In this document: positions 1 through 9,489 of the stretch, piece by piece
How positions within the stretch are numbered: position 1 is the stretch's first letter
Layout: every line of letters begins with the position of its first letter
Origin: a virus
Taxonomy: Duplodnaviria > Caudoviricetes
Strand: one strand, 5' to 3'
Virus record (IMG/VR): IMGVR_UViG_3300037424_000300
Location: 1-34,012 of that record
Length of the DNA stretch: 34,012 bases
Notes under the pieces: model-generated
Seen by the model: only the letters and a program-made list of their open reading frames with translations
Database searches by the model: none
What the model was told of the DNA's origin: nothing
Program-made: the position numbers and the translations under genes

Positions 1-127
1 AACGTGTGCTCCGTCAGCAGCTCACGCCAGGAGAATTGACGGGCGATCTCCCGGCCCGCCTTGTTGGCGAATGCGAGCAACTGCCGCGCCGCGTCGTTCC
101 CGGTGTTGCCCGCGACGTAGGTTATCG
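1..127. repeat. Terminal direct repeat (circular assembly overlap), copy 1
   Basis: Identical to 33886-34012; 127 bp equals a common assembler k-mer and a reading frame runs through the junction. Confidence 0.97.
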
Positions 128-182
128 GGTCCATCTCCCCGATTTCCTCTACGGCGGTTTGGCAGCAGCTCAGCAAACTCAT
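1..182 (-). CDS. 5' part of head-tail adaptor gene (continues across the junction into 33363-34012)
   Basis: ATG at 182 gives MSLLSCCQTAVEEIGEMDPITYVAGNTGNDAARQLLAFANK..., in frame with ORF 33363..33965 via the overlap; joined gene 234 aa. Confidence 0.85.
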   Translation of the reverse strand, partial: MSLLSCCQTAVEEIGEMDPITYVAGNTGNDAARQLLAFANKAGREIARQFSWRELLTEHT

Positions 183-184
183 GA

Positions 185-613
185 TCAGCCCCTTGCGGTT
201 TGCAGGTCAACGATGTCGGCCCCGCCGTCACCGGCCTTCTTGGGGCTGCGCGGCTTACGGGCAGGCTTTTTGCTGTCCTGATAGGCCGCCCACGCTTCTG
301 GATAGCGCTTCGCCAGCGCCTCTTGGTTGCGCGGGGTTACGCGGGTCGGCGTGTCGTCCTTCGATTCTCCACCTGCGGCATCCCTAAGCACGCGCTCAGA
401 CAGGATGAGCACCGTTCGCATCACCCGCCCCAGCTTGCCTTCAGCCGCAGCCGCCTCCGTGGCTTTGCAGTCCACCACTTCGTGATCGAGGAACCGGCCG
501 ACGACGTTGTAGGTGCGCTTGCGGGGGATTTCCCGGCCGTCATCGTCTTTTTCAATGAAATCCTGCGCGAAAAAATAGCCGTCATGCGGGCTGATTTTGT
601 GAGCGTCGTTCAT
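185..613 (-). CDS. Hypothetical phage protein (142 aa)
   Basis: ORF 185..646; likely start ATG 613 overlapping the upstream TGA (ATGA coupling). Confidence 0.7.
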   Translation of the reverse strand: MNDAHKISPHDGYFFAQDFIEKDDDGREIPRKRTYNVVGRFLDHEVVDCKATEAAAAEGKLGRVMRTVLILSERVLRDAAGGESKDDTPTRVTPRNQEALAKRYPEAWAAYQDSKKPARKPRSPKKAGDGGADIVDLQTARG

Positions 614-1983
614 GCCGCGTCTCCTTCGGAAATCTGTTTCAGGCACACAAAAGCGGAGCCGTGTTCATTTGCACCAACGGCACGCACGCTGGGAAAATAC
701 TTGCCCAGGGCCTCAAGCCACCATTCAAGCGGCTGGATGGTCAGGTGCAGCGGCTCGCCAACGAGTTTCCCGAAATTGTCAGCCGTGAACGAGATGGCGA
801 AGAACGCGCCGGTTTTCGACCGTGCGGCGATGCCCGCAAGCACGTCATCCACTTTCTCCGGCGGAATGTGCTCCATCACGTCGCAGCAGTAACCCCAGTC
901 AGCGGGCGGGTGCGCGGGCAGCTCCCAAAGATTGGCTTTGCAGAACGGGATGAGCACGTCAGCGTCCAGGCAATTGGCAGCATGATCGAGGCCCAGCACA
1001 ACGCAGCCGTGGCGCTGTAGAGCACGTGAAGCACGTCCGGTACCGCATCCAAAGTCAATTATGCCCATGCCCGGCTCAATGCCGCAGTTCTGCACGAACC
1101 ACCCCACATGCTCTTCGCCGGGGGAATACCGCCGGTAGGCTGGATGTTTCCAGATTGCCGTGTACTTGGCCGCTTCCTTGTCCTCAAGCGTGACGGTGGC
1201 GGGAGCGGCCTTGTGGTGCCGCCACATATCCGGCAGCAGGCCATCGCCGATGACCTCGATTTGAAGCCCAAGGCGCTCATATCCCGGCAGCCGGTCCATG
1301 AACTCGCGCGCTTGCATCGCCATGGCCGGGTCGGCGAGATATTCCTTGTCGCGGAACCGGAACGTTTTCAGCTCTCGGCCATCGTTGAGGGGCTGCGGGT
1401 AGGCGTGGTGGTCATCGCTGGCGTTGCTGCTATCGTAGCCGTACAGCCGCGCCTTGCGGAAGCCCTTCACCAGCAAGATGTTCAGCATCAGCAGGCCCAC
1501 GGTGATGGCCCCGCCCACAACCTGCTGACCAGCGTAATGCTTGCGCACTTCGTCCAGCAGCTCTTCGGCGGCATGAGCGTGGATCAGCTCCACAGTGCGG
1601 CCCTCAAGCTGGCGCAGAACCTCCGGCGATGCGTGGCTTGCCACCATATAAAGCCCGGCGGGCAGGGCCGTGATGAACGCGGCATTTTCGGGCCGTGCGT
1701 CATAGAAAACGTGCACGTTAGGGTAAATGTCGTGGTCAATTGCCCACTGAGCAGAGCCGTTCATGCAGAAAATCGTGTCTCCGCGCTTCTGCGCGGCGCG
1801 AATTTCGTCAGCGTATTTATTCAGGCTGGGGCCGCCGCCGATCACGCAAGCCTGCGCCATGCGGAAGACGGGCAGTCCCTGCGCCATGTTGGCGTGAAGG
1901 TTGGCGATCATCGTCGCCGTGTCCGTGTTCTTGGTGGCCTCGAATGCCTGAACGGGCCGGAACGTCATTTCAGTGTCAGTCAT
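610..1983 (-). CDS. Fusion of Maf/MptE-like (sialyltransferase-like) glycosyltransferase domain and class I SAM-dependent methyltransferase
   Basis: N-terminal VIGGGPSL, FCMN, GFRKARLYGYDSS, HHAY motifs; C-terminal IIDFGCGTG (motif I), GLDHA, YCCDVMEHIP. Confidence 0.8.
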   Translation of the reverse strand: MTDTEMTFRPVQAFEATKNTDTATMIANLHANMAQGLPVFRMAQACVIGGGPSLNKYADEIRAAQKRGDTIFCMNGSAQWAIDHDIYPNVHVFYDARPENAAFITALPAGLYMVASHASPEVLRQLEGRTVELIHAHAAEELLDEVRKHYAGQQVVGGAITVGLLMLNILLVKGFRKARLYGYDSSNASDDHHAYPQPLNDGRELKTFRFRDKEYLADPAMAMQAREFMDRLPGYERLGLQIEVIGDGLLPDMWRHHKAAPATVTLEDKEAAKYTAIWKHPAYRRYSPGEEHVGWFVQNCGIEPGMGIIDFGCGTGRASRALQRHGCVVLGLDHAANCLDADVLIPFCKANLWELPAHPPADWGYCCDVMEHIPPEKVDDVLAGIAARSKTGAFFAISFTADNFGKLVGEPLHLTIQPLEWWLEALGKYFPSVRAVGANEHGSAFVCLKQISEGDAA

Positions 1984-2070
1984 CAGGGGTAAATCCTCTC
2001 TCGGAAGGGTGCCGGACTGCCCGAGAGAACAGCCCGGCGGTTATTGGCGGCGCGCCACCGCCAAACTCAG

Positions 2071-2544
2071 TTAGGCGTCAAAAAACGGGTTCGTGGCCAG
2101 GATTTCGATAGCCTCGGAAGTGCCAGCGCTGGCGGTAGTCACCAGCACAACGCCGTTCAGCAGAATGCGGCTGGTATCAGACGTGCTACACACCACGCCA
2201 GCCGAAATGCCGCTGGCACCAACATAAAGCTGAGCGTCGGGCAGAGCGGAAATGGCCAGAACGTATATGTTCGAGCCTTTCGTAGCCACCCAGCCGTAAT
2301 AGTCGTCGGTGAAAGCCACCTGAGCAAAGCCAGGGAGCCAGCCAGCATCGCCGATTGCCGACGTGACATTCGACGCCTGAAAGTTCTCGTCAACGCCAAC
2401 GCAGGCATACTGCGTGATTGCGCCATTGGCCTGGACGTACACCCATTCGGTGTGGTCAGAGCCGTAAGCACGGTCGCCAAGGGCGAATTGCGGGGAAGAA
2501 TGCGTCGCGGCGAAGTTAGCGCCTACAGTGTAAGAGCGAGTCAT
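2071..2544 (-). CDS. Capsid decoration/cement protein
   Basis: 157 aa beta-rich protein directly after the major capsid gene; LGDRAYGSDHTEWVYVQA and YYGWV motifs; GGAG RBS. Confidence 0.65.
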   Translation of the reverse strand: MTRSYTVGANFAATHSSPQFALGDRAYGSDHTEWVYVQANGAITQYACVGVDENFQASNVTSAIGDAGWLPGFAQVAFTDDYYGWVATKGSNIYVLAISALPDAQLYVGASGISAGVVCSTSDTSRILLNGVVLVTTASAGTSEAIEILATNPFFDA

Positions 2545-2583
2545 TGGAATCTCTCCAATAGGTTGTTAAGATAAAAGACGTTT

Positions 2584-2606
2584 GGGGGAGGGTTTTCGCC
2601 CACCCC
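2584..2606 (-). terminator. Hairpin after major capsid gene (weak terminator or stabiliser)
   Basis: Minus strand GGGGGTGGG-CGAAAA-CCCTCCCCC followed shortly by CTTTT. Confidence 0.4.
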
Positions 2607-2648
2607 CGCCACAGCATCGCTAACGCGTCACTGAGACCGCCCGCCTGC

Positions 2649-3614
2649 TCAGGTGTTGAGCAGAACCTGCATGTTGGCATTGAGACAGGCGATATTGCCC
2701 ATCCAGTATGTCGGGATGATCGTCGCATCCTGCTGCGTCGGCATTTTCTGCTCAGCCACCTTGAAGTTCCGCGTGGAATGCGGACGCAGGCGGATGTACT
2801 GCGTGTTCAGCAGATAGGTGCTGGTGGTGGTGCAGTTGGGATCGTAAAGCACGTCGGCGCCCTTGTACTTATACGCCAGGAAGCCCGCCTTGCCCTTGCC
2901 CGGCTCGGTGAAGCGCTGGTTGGCCTGAAGCTGCGCTTCGAAAAAGCCGAAGTGCGTAGCGCCCATGATGATCAGATCGGGGGCTTCCAGGCCGCGCGAC
3001 ACGAGCAGGTGAGCCCGGTTCAGACCGTGCAGCATTTCCGTTGCCGACAGCGTAATGGAGTTGTCCGAAGCGTCGAACAACTGCGAGCGCCACCAAGCAT
3101 TGGCCGCCGTGGCGCGGTTGATGCCGCCATAGGTGCCGGTGTTGTAGGTGGTCGGAACCATGGCCTGGAGGCCGCTGATCTCCTTGCCGCTGCTGCCGGT
3201 TCCGTTGGCGAACATGGCCGCGCCGAGGGTGTTTTTCAGCGTGATTTCCAACGCCTTCTGACGGGCCTCGATGAGGTCGTGCCGGCGCGACTTGCCGGAG
3301 TTGATGGCGATTTCACGGCCATTGAACACGACATTGCCGTTCAACTGTTTCCAGTCAAAAGACGCGGTGGTCACGTGGTCGTTCGGCGTGACATCCAGCA
3401 GCTCATAGCCATCGTACCATTTCACCGTGCTGTCATCCCCGTACAGGAGCTGCTCGGTGATCTGGGTGCCGCCGTCGCACGGAACGACATTGCCATTCTG
3501 CTTGAGGTAGGCATAAAGAGGGATGTCGTCGCCGATGTTGTCAGCCATCGTGGACGAGTAGTTTGCGATTGCCGTAGAGGCATACTCGCTAAAGTTGCTA
3601 TTAGGATCGCTCAT
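2649..3614 (-). CDS. Major capsid protein
   Basis: 321 aa after scaffold; GG..I.E.L.Y, WYDGYELL, F.WKQ, G.G..GKEI.GL, G.YGGINR motifs of HK97-fold capsid proteins in uncultured podoviruses. Confidence 0.9.
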   Translation of the reverse strand: MSDPNSNFSEYASTAIANYSSTMADNIGDDIPLYAYLKQNGNVVPCDGGTQITEQLLYGDDSTVKWYDGYELLDVTPNDHVTTASFDWKQLNGNVVFNGREIAINSGKSRRHDLIEARQKALEITLKNTLGAAMFANGTGSSGKEISGLQAMVPTTYNTGTYGGINRATAANAWWRSQLFDASDNSITLSATEMLHGLNRAHLLVSRGLEAPDLIIMGATHFGFFEAQLQANQRFTEPGKGKAGFLAYKYKGADVLYDPNCTTTSTYLLNTQYIRLRPHSTRNFKVAEQKMPTQQDATIIPTYWMGNIACLNANMQVLLNT

Positions 3615-3638
3615 TTGGGTCAGTCCTTAATTGAGGGG

Positions 3639-4775
3639 TTACATGCCAAACTTACGGTCAGTCGCTTCCAAGACATCACGCATGGTCATTTTCTTGTGTC
3701 CACGCGATGCGTCCGGCGCACCTGCCGCAGGCTTGATAGATGTCGGTGCTCTGTGAACTGGCGCGGCCTGCTGCGTGGCGGAGACGCGGCGCTGATATTC
3801 AGCGTCGATGATCTCTTGACGAAGCGTGGCGTCATCGAAGACGGCCAAGTCATAGGCACGTTGCAGCTTTGCTTCACCGTCAGGCATGCCGCGAAGGCGC
3901 GGGTCCGAACGGATGATCTCAATCATGGCATCACCCACGCGAGCGAAGTGAGGGTGCAGCGCCTGCCCGTCGGCTGACTTTGCGTTCTCAAATGCGTCGA
4001 TAGTGGAGTCCAATTGCTGAGTGACGCGCTCCTGTTCCCGCGCCGATAGGTGCGAGATCGTTTCGCGCAATGTGCCGATTTCTTTCAGCAAGCCAGGGTG
4101 AACAGCAGGAGGCTGTTGTCCGGCCGGCTGAGGGGAACCAGCGGCCCCCTGAATGAACACGCGCGGGTCGATGCCTGCGCTCTGCATGATGCTCGCGACA
4201 TACCGTATGGGGTCGCGCTTGTAAAAGTCGTGCTGCGCCAGCAGGTATTTCATGGCGCCCGCCTCGTCGGCGATACCGGCGCGCTGCATGTCCTGCCGGT
4301 GCTCTGGTGTGAACAGGCTCGTCACGGCATCAGCCACGCGCGCCTTTTCCGAAAGCTCCTGGCTCTTGCGGGTGAAGCCAGCCTCAAATTCCTTGCCCTG
4401 AGCCAGCCATGCTTCCTGGACCTCCGGCGGCTGCTTCGTGAACAGCTCCTTGCGGGCGGCAGGCCAGCGGTCTGGAGGCGAAAAAATAGCCCCGGTTTGG
4501 GGCTGGTTTGTCTGTGTGCTCACACCTGCCGCAGGTGACGCCGTTTTGGTGTCCCCTGGCGCTCCCGTCGTGGTGCGCGCCGTGGATCTTGCTTCCTTAC
4601 CGGCTGAGCGTGCCTCTGAGGCACGGTCCATGTCCTCAAGGTGTTCGCGCATCGTCCTGCGCCTGGCCGGTGCCTCTGTGCGGGCTTCAGTGGCGGCAGG
4701 CGTGGTGTCCGCGCTTGCCCCGCCTTCGATAGAGCCTTCCGCGGCAGCGCTCGCGTTGGGGGTCTCGTCAGTCAT
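3639..4775 (-). CDS. Capsid scaffolding protein
   Basis: Low-complexity N-terminus, helical core (PDRW, FTRKSQELSE, HPHF, LQRAYDLAV); lies between portal and capsid genes. Confidence 0.8.
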   Translation of the reverse strand: MTDETPNASAAAEGSIEGGASADTTPAATEARTEAPARRRTMREHLEDMDRASEARSAGKEARSTARTTTGAPGDTKTASPAAGVSTQTNQPQTGAIFSPPDRWPAARKELFTKQPPEVQEAWLAQGKEFEAGFTRKSQELSEKARVADAVTSLFTPEHRQDMQRAGIADEAGAMKYLLAQHDFYKRDPIRYVASIMQSAGIDPRVFIQGAAGSPQPAGQQPPAVHPGLLKEIGTLRETISHLSAREQERVTQQLDSTIDAFENAKSADGQALHPHFARVGDAMIEIIRSDPRLRGMPDGEAKLQRAYDLAVFDDATLRQEIIDAEYQRRVSATQQAAPVHRAPTSIKPAAGAPDASRGHKKMTMRDVLEATDRKFGM

Positions 4776-4796
4776 ATGGGGTGAACCTCTCTCGGA

Positions 4797-5162
4797 TTAG
4801 TGGCGGTCTGGGGTTGTCCAAGACGCCTGGATGGCGTTCATGTGCTCGCGGTATTTCGCCTTGTACTGGCCGTCAGGGTCTTTCCCGAAGCGGCTCATCA
4901 TGTCGGCTGAGCGCTGCTCGAATTTGTAGTCGTTGCCGATCTGGTCAACGCCGTGGCGCTGGTTGTGGGCGCGCAGGTGCGAGCGGCTGGAAATCAGGCT
5001 GCCGTCAATCGGGCTGACGAACTCGCCGCCCGCTTCGCTGATGTCGGGCAACACCATGGGACCGCCAGCGGCCTCCGGCGGCATTGTGCCGGCCGTGACA
5101 ACGCCGTTCTCAATGGTGACGGTGCCGCCGTTGTGAAGGAAAATCTTGCGGTAGCTGCTCAT
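4797..5162 (-). CDS. Conserved hypothetical protein following portal
   Basis: MVLPDI..FVSPIDGSLISSRSHLRAHN motif typical of this gene position; ATGA-coupled to portal. Confidence 0.7.
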   Translation of the reverse strand: MSSYRKIFLHNGGTVTIENGVVTAGTMPPEAAGGPMVLPDISEAGGEFVSPIDGSLISSRSHLRAHNQRHGVDQIGNDYKFEQRSADMMSRFGKDPDGQYKAKYREHMNAIQASWTTPDRH

Positions 5163-7291
5163 TGTGGCATTCCCCCTTCATCTGTGAAGCCAAGTGCCGG
5201 ATTGGATGCCATCACCTTGCCCTGCAACTCGATCTGCTGCCCGGCGGCCTTGGCGGCAACCTCGCCCTGCTTGATGCGCAGTTCCTCCTGCTTGATTTGC
5301 AGTTCGATGGTCTTTATTTTGACGTCAATATCGCCCTTCTGCTTGGCGATCTGCACGTCAACCATCGCCTTCTGCGCCTGCCCCTCCAGCAGCTTGGCTT
5401 GTGCGGCCACAACCGGGTCGGCTGCACTCTGCGGCTTGGGCGGCTGCTTGATGGCCTGTTCGATGGCGTTTTCAAGCTGCTCTTCAACCTCGCGGCCGGC
5501 GTCGAACGCGCGCGCCGCGAACATGACGGACTGCTTCACGAACGGCCCCATCGCCGGGCCTTGCGCCAGCAGAGGCGCCATTTTCTCAATCACGCCCATC
5601 ATGGTGGTGAGGAAGCCGAGGCGGTCTGTGCGCTCCTGGCTGGCGTCTTTCTGGCCGGTCTTATCCGTCTCGATGCCGATGCGATAACAGCGGATGGAGT
5701 CGGAATGCAGCACAGCCTCAACGTCTTCCCACGCCGTCGCCTGCACGGCCTGCTGTGCGCTCTGTACAACCTCCTGCGGCAGCATCTGCGGGGGAGGCGT
5801 CATCATGGGCTGCCCGGCCTGCTGCGCCTGCTGTGCGGCCTGCTGGTACTGCTGCATCTGCGCCATGATCTGCTTGGCCTGAGCAAGTACCTGCTGCGCG
5901 GCGGCCTGCTCATCGGCACCTGGCAACTCGATGCCGCTCATTTCGGACAACTGCTCACGGCTGTAGTGCTCGGCGATGAACTCGCCCTTGATGCGGTAGG
6001 CGTCGCGAGCAAATTTCTGCTGAGCTTCCTTGCGCTCATCCATGCGAACGCTGCCGAAATCCCGCTTGATCTGCTGGGCGCCCATGGTCTCTCGCGGGTC
6101 GGTCTGGCCACGCGCGATGTCGCTGATGCCGGTCATCTGGTAAATAAGGTCGATCAGCTCCCGGCGCTGGGCGTGAAGCTGCTCCAGCACCTGCACGGTT
6201 GCCGTCAGGTCTTCGTATTGCACCTGCGCCGCCAGCCCGCCGCCCTGCTGAAGCTCCGCCCAGCTCTCCACGGCGATCAATTTGTTGTCGCCCAGCTCCG
6301 GCAGGGACGCCAGCTCCGGGACGCTCTTGTTGTACACGCCGCGCAGGCGCAGAGCGTCGGTGAGGATGTAAATCCGCTCGCTGATGCGGTTCACCTCTTC
6401 GGCCTGGTCACGATAGAATCCGTATTCCGGCAGCGGGATGAGGGAATTTTCCGTGCGGTCGGAATAGATCGGCATGGGGCATGGGAAGAAGCCGTTCAGC
6501 CTGAAAGGGTCGGCGTCCTCTTGCAGCTTTTTCTCGTAATCCTCGGCGACGTAGATGCGCGTGCGGTCGCGCTTGTCCCAAATTTCCCAGACAAGGGCGC
6601 GCTTGAAACGATCTCCGTCCTTGCCGTCGCCCCTGACATCGCCCTTGCTGCCCTTCTCCTCGTAGCTGAGGGGGATGTCGCTTGCGTGGTCAGGCCAATA
6701 TTTGTCAAGATCGTCGCGTGTGAACAGATGGCCGCGCGCAACCCACGGGATTTCGCGCACATCCTTTGCGGGGCCGTGGATGAACTTGTCCCATTGGACG
6801 TGGACAAGGCGCGTGTCCTGCGTCTCTCCGCCGGTCGCCTCGTCCGTGGTGCTCTCGTTTTCCAGCCAGACGTTGCCGCGCCCCTGAATGCGGCTGTCCT
6901 TGACGGCAGCGATGATTTCCGCGTCGTCGCCGTTATCGGCGTTGCTGGCCTCAAGCGCGCGCTCCAGCACCAGGGACACGGTGCGCGCAATCGCCTGATC
7001 CTTGCCGGGCTTGGGGTTTTTGCGAGATACGCTCGGCTTGCCGAAATCCCTGCCGCATGCCGCCTCGATGGTCTTCGTGTTCGCCGCCAGCAGGTTCAGC
7101 CGGCCGAATTCGCGGGTCTTCTCGTCACGATAGGCGGAAATCGTCTTCTCCGCCTGCTTGCGCCATTCTTCCTCGCGGTCAAGCGCGGCGTCGATCTCGG
7201 CGAGCCAGTGCTTCGAAGACGGGTCGCTCATGACGCCGCCTTCTTCCTCCGCCGTGGTCTCGACAATCCCGCCTATGGCAGATTCCGTCAT
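5159..7291 (-). CDS. Portal protein
   Basis: 710 aa after TerL; VWEIWDK, FFPCP, IYQMTGISDIARG, ETMGAQQIK motifs; C-terminal coiled-coil barrel. Confidence 0.9.
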   Translation of the reverse strand: MTESAIGGIVETTAEEEGGVMSDPSSKHWLAEIDAALDREEEWRKQAEKTISAYRDEKTREFGRLNLLAANTKTIEAACGRDFGKPSVSRKNPKPGKDQAIARTVSLVLERALEASNADNGDDAEIIAAVKDSRIQGRGNVWLENESTTDEATGGETQDTRLVHVQWDKFIHGPAKDVREIPWVARGHLFTRDDLDKYWPDHASDIPLSYEEKGSKGDVRGDGKDGDRFKRALVWEIWDKRDRTRIYVAEDYEKKLQEDADPFRLNGFFPCPMPIYSDRTENSLIPLPEYGFYRDQAEEVNRISERIYILTDALRLRGVYNKSVPELASLPELGDNKLIAVESWAELQQGGGLAAQVQYEDLTATVQVLEQLHAQRRELIDLIYQMTGISDIARGQTDPRETMGAQQIKRDFGSVRMDERKEAQQKFARDAYRIKGEFIAEHYSREQLSEMSGIELPGADEQAAAQQVLAQAKQIMAQMQQYQQAAQQAQQAGQPMMTPPPQMLPQEVVQSAQQAVQATAWEDVEAVLHSDSIRCYRIGIETDKTGQKDASQERTDRLGFLTTMMGVIEKMAPLLAQGPAMGPFVKQSVMFAARAFDAGREVEEQLENAIEQAIKQPPKPQSAADPVVAAQAKLLEGQAQKAMVDVQIAKQKGDIDVKIKTIELQIKQEELRIKQGEVAAKAAGQQIELQGKVMASNPALGFTDEGGMPQ

Positions 7292-8868
7292 CTCGTGTGC
7301 CTCGCCCGGCTTGCAAGCTCCTGCTCGCGTGCCATGAGTTGTTCAAATGTCAGCGCACCAGGGGGCGCTTTCTTCGGTGCCACCTTCACGGGCCTGACAT
7401 CCCGGTGGCCGCTCGCCAGATACCTGAATGCGTCGGCCCCGTGTGAGGCCCAGTTGTGCAGCGGTGCGTCTCGCCAGCACGCCGCCTCTTCGTTCCATTC
7501 CTTGCGGTATGCCTTCAGCACCTTGACGCCCTCGGCAGTGCCGGCCGCGTCGAATGTGCAGATCGGCAGCAGCGCGCGCACCGCGTTGATACCGTCGTCT
7601 ATGCCCATGGCGGCCGGAATGCGCGGGTTGAAGCCCGCCTCGGTCATTTGCTCCAGCCGCGTCTTTTTAGTGCCCCACTCGCGAACGCGCGCATCATGCG
7701 GCACGAAGTCATGGGCGCCTTCGCGGCTCCATCCGTGGGACTCGTACCAGCGCTTCGCCAGCGCGGCGTAAAACGGCAGGCCCTCGCCCGATGCCTCGAA
7801 ATACCCAACGACGCGCACTTCGCCCGGCAGTATCTGGAAGAACCAAATTGCCGTAGCGTCGCCCACGCCGATATCCCAGACAGTGTGGACCGGGTAAGCC
7901 GGATCGGACTTGAACTCTCCAACGCGCCCTTGCGTCTCTGCCGCCTCGATCCAGGCGCCGTAATATGCCCCCTCAACACTGGCCTCGAATGCCTCGTCAG
8001 CCGTGGACGGAAACTCGCGCTTCATGTCGCCGAGCTGGTCGCCGGCCTTCTTGGCATACCAAGCCCGCTGAGCGCCGTCCGTCGCGATGCCGTGGCGTGC
8101 CTCCAGCTCGTCGAAGTAGCGCTCGAAGTCGGCGCCGATCACAACGCCGTCCGGGTCGATTCGGTATGCAGGCTCTTTCCACCACGGGAAAAAGTGAAAC
8201 TTGAAATCGAGTTCAGTCAGCCTGGAGCCGCAACGCTGCGCCGCCCTGGCCTTCTCGCACATCTCGAAGAAGCCGCCCTCCTGCCCCTCGGCGGTGCTCT
8301 CCACGGCAACCCACTGCCCAGCTTGGACGGTGTTCAACGCGCCCGTGCGCACCTCTCGCGCCTTCTCCGGGAATTTCGCGCACAGCTTGCCGTATTCGGA
8401 CACGTGCAGATAATTCAGCGTGCCTGAGCGCATCGACGTGCCGACGCGGATCGACGAATTGTTGTTCAGCGCCAGTTCCGTGCGGCTGTCCCTTATGCGG
8501 CCCCTGGCTGCCCGTATGCCCTCCGGCAGGCTGTCGTAGGGGTATTTCACCTTTTCCTCGAAGATCGACATGGCGTCGCCCAGCGTGTGAGCGATGGTGC
8601 CTGCCTTCACATTCGAGTTGAACACAACCTGATCGAGCATGAACACCTGAATGAACGTCGTCATCCCAAGCTGCCGAGCCTTCAGGATCACGTTCATGGA
8701 ATGCATGCTGTCCAGGAACCGTTGCTGCGCCCAGTTCGGTTCGAATTTCAGCCGCTTGCCGTCCTTCGTCGTGATCCAGTAGAGGTTGGCCAGCCGCCAC
8801 CGGAAATCCCGGAAGTGGTCGGCGATGCGGACGGCCTCAGGCCGCGCCAGGAGACCAGCGCGCGCCAT
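7288..8868 (-). CDS. terL: Terminase large subunit
   Basis: ILKARQLGMTT Walker A, LHVSE Walker B, VESTAEG coupling motif, WDIGVGD nuclease acid, HNWASHGADAFRY; probable start ATG 8868 (ORF extends to 8904). Confidence 0.95.
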   Translation of the reverse strand: MARAGLLARPEAVRIADHFRDFRWRLANLYWITTKDGKRLKFEPNWAQQRFLDSMHSMNVILKARQLGMTTFIQVFMLDQVVFNSNVKAGTIAHTLGDAMSIFEEKVKYPYDSLPEGIRAARGRIRDSRTELALNNNSSIRVGTSMRSGTLNYLHVSEYGKLCAKFPEKAREVRTGALNTVQAGQWVAVESTAEGQEGGFFEMCEKARAAQRCGSRLTELDFKFHFFPWWKEPAYRIDPDGVVIGADFERYFDELEARHGIATDGAQRAWYAKKAGDQLGDMKREFPSTADEAFEASVEGAYYGAWIEAAETQGRVGEFKSDPAYPVHTVWDIGVGDATAIWFFQILPGEVRVVGYFEASGEGLPFYAALAKRWYESHGWSREGAHDFVPHDARVREWGTKKTRLEQMTEAGFNPRIPAAMGIDDGINAVRALLPICTFDAAGTAEGVKVLKAYRKEWNEEAACWRDAPLHNWASHGADAFRYLASGHRDVRPVKVAPKKAPPGALTFEQLMAREQELASRARHTR

Positions 8869-9478
8869 CGACCAGCCCCAAAATTGCCTCCAGCGGGTTT
8901 TCACTCGGTGCCGCGTCGTTCAGATTGTAGGCGATGCGCTCCATCGGGATGAGCCTGGACGTGATGCGGGCCATCTTCTCCAGCAGATCGCCAGGGCTTT
9001 CCCTCTCTCCGAGGCAAGGGCCATCCGGCTTATCGTTGCTCAAGACCTTCTCCAGGCGGTTTAGCAGCAGAGCCTTAATCCGGTTTAGCTGCGCGATGTC
9101 CTTGCGATGCGAGACAACCACATTGAAGCCGGCGAGGGATGCGGCATCAACCACTTGATCGTCAGTTGCACGGCTAGTTTGCAAACCGTTTTGCAAACCA
9201 TCTTCGCGAACCAAACGCTCACGAACGCTCTTTTTGACACGCTCTGCGAGTGACCGAACCCAGCCTTGTTCCTTGGCGTGCTTATGTATTGCGGTGTCTG
9301 AGCATCCAAACTGCTTTGCAATCTCGCGAACCGATTTTTGGTTTGCACGATAGAGCGGTTCGATGGCTTCCCAGTCCGGCGGGGACTTCAGTTCTGCTGT
9401 CTTCTGCTTTCCCTTGGTCCCGGCTTTGGTCTTCCGAGCCTTCGGGATAGACCGTGGTGCGGTCGCCCTTGGCGGCAT
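8837..9478 (-). CDS. terS: Terminase small subunit
   Basis: PDWEAIEPLYRA..SVREIAKQFGCSDTAIHKHAKEQGWVR HTH; directly upstream of terL; AGGAG RBS before ATG 9478. Confidence 0.85.
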   Translation of the reverse strand: MPPRATAPRSIPKARKTKAGTKGKQKTAELKSPPDWEAIEPLYRANQKSVREIAKQFGCSDTAIHKHAKEQGWVRSLAERVKKSVRERLVREDGLQNGLQTSRATDDQVVDAASLAGFNVVVSHRKDIAQLNRIKALLLNRLEKVLSNDKPDGPCLGERESPGDLLEKMARITSRLIPMERIAYNLNDAAPSENPLEAILGLVDGARWSPGAA

Positions 9479-9489
9479 GCTCGTGTCTC

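Noticed and set aside
3626-3642. Additional CtrA-like sites (3627 TTAA..TTAC; 18273 TTAA-N6-TCAAC; 2566 TTAA)
   Set aside because: Wrong spacing or half-sites only
5740-5910. Gln/Ala/Pro-rich insertion in the portal
   Set aside because: Low-complexity loop usual for this portal type; no intein motifs
5162-7771. 869-aa plus-strand ORF and other long antisense ORFs (2778..3977, 7456..8427, 1108..1992, 9651..10547)
   Set aside because: Shadow frames of GC-rich genes with clear motifs on the minus strand; no recognisable motifs of their own
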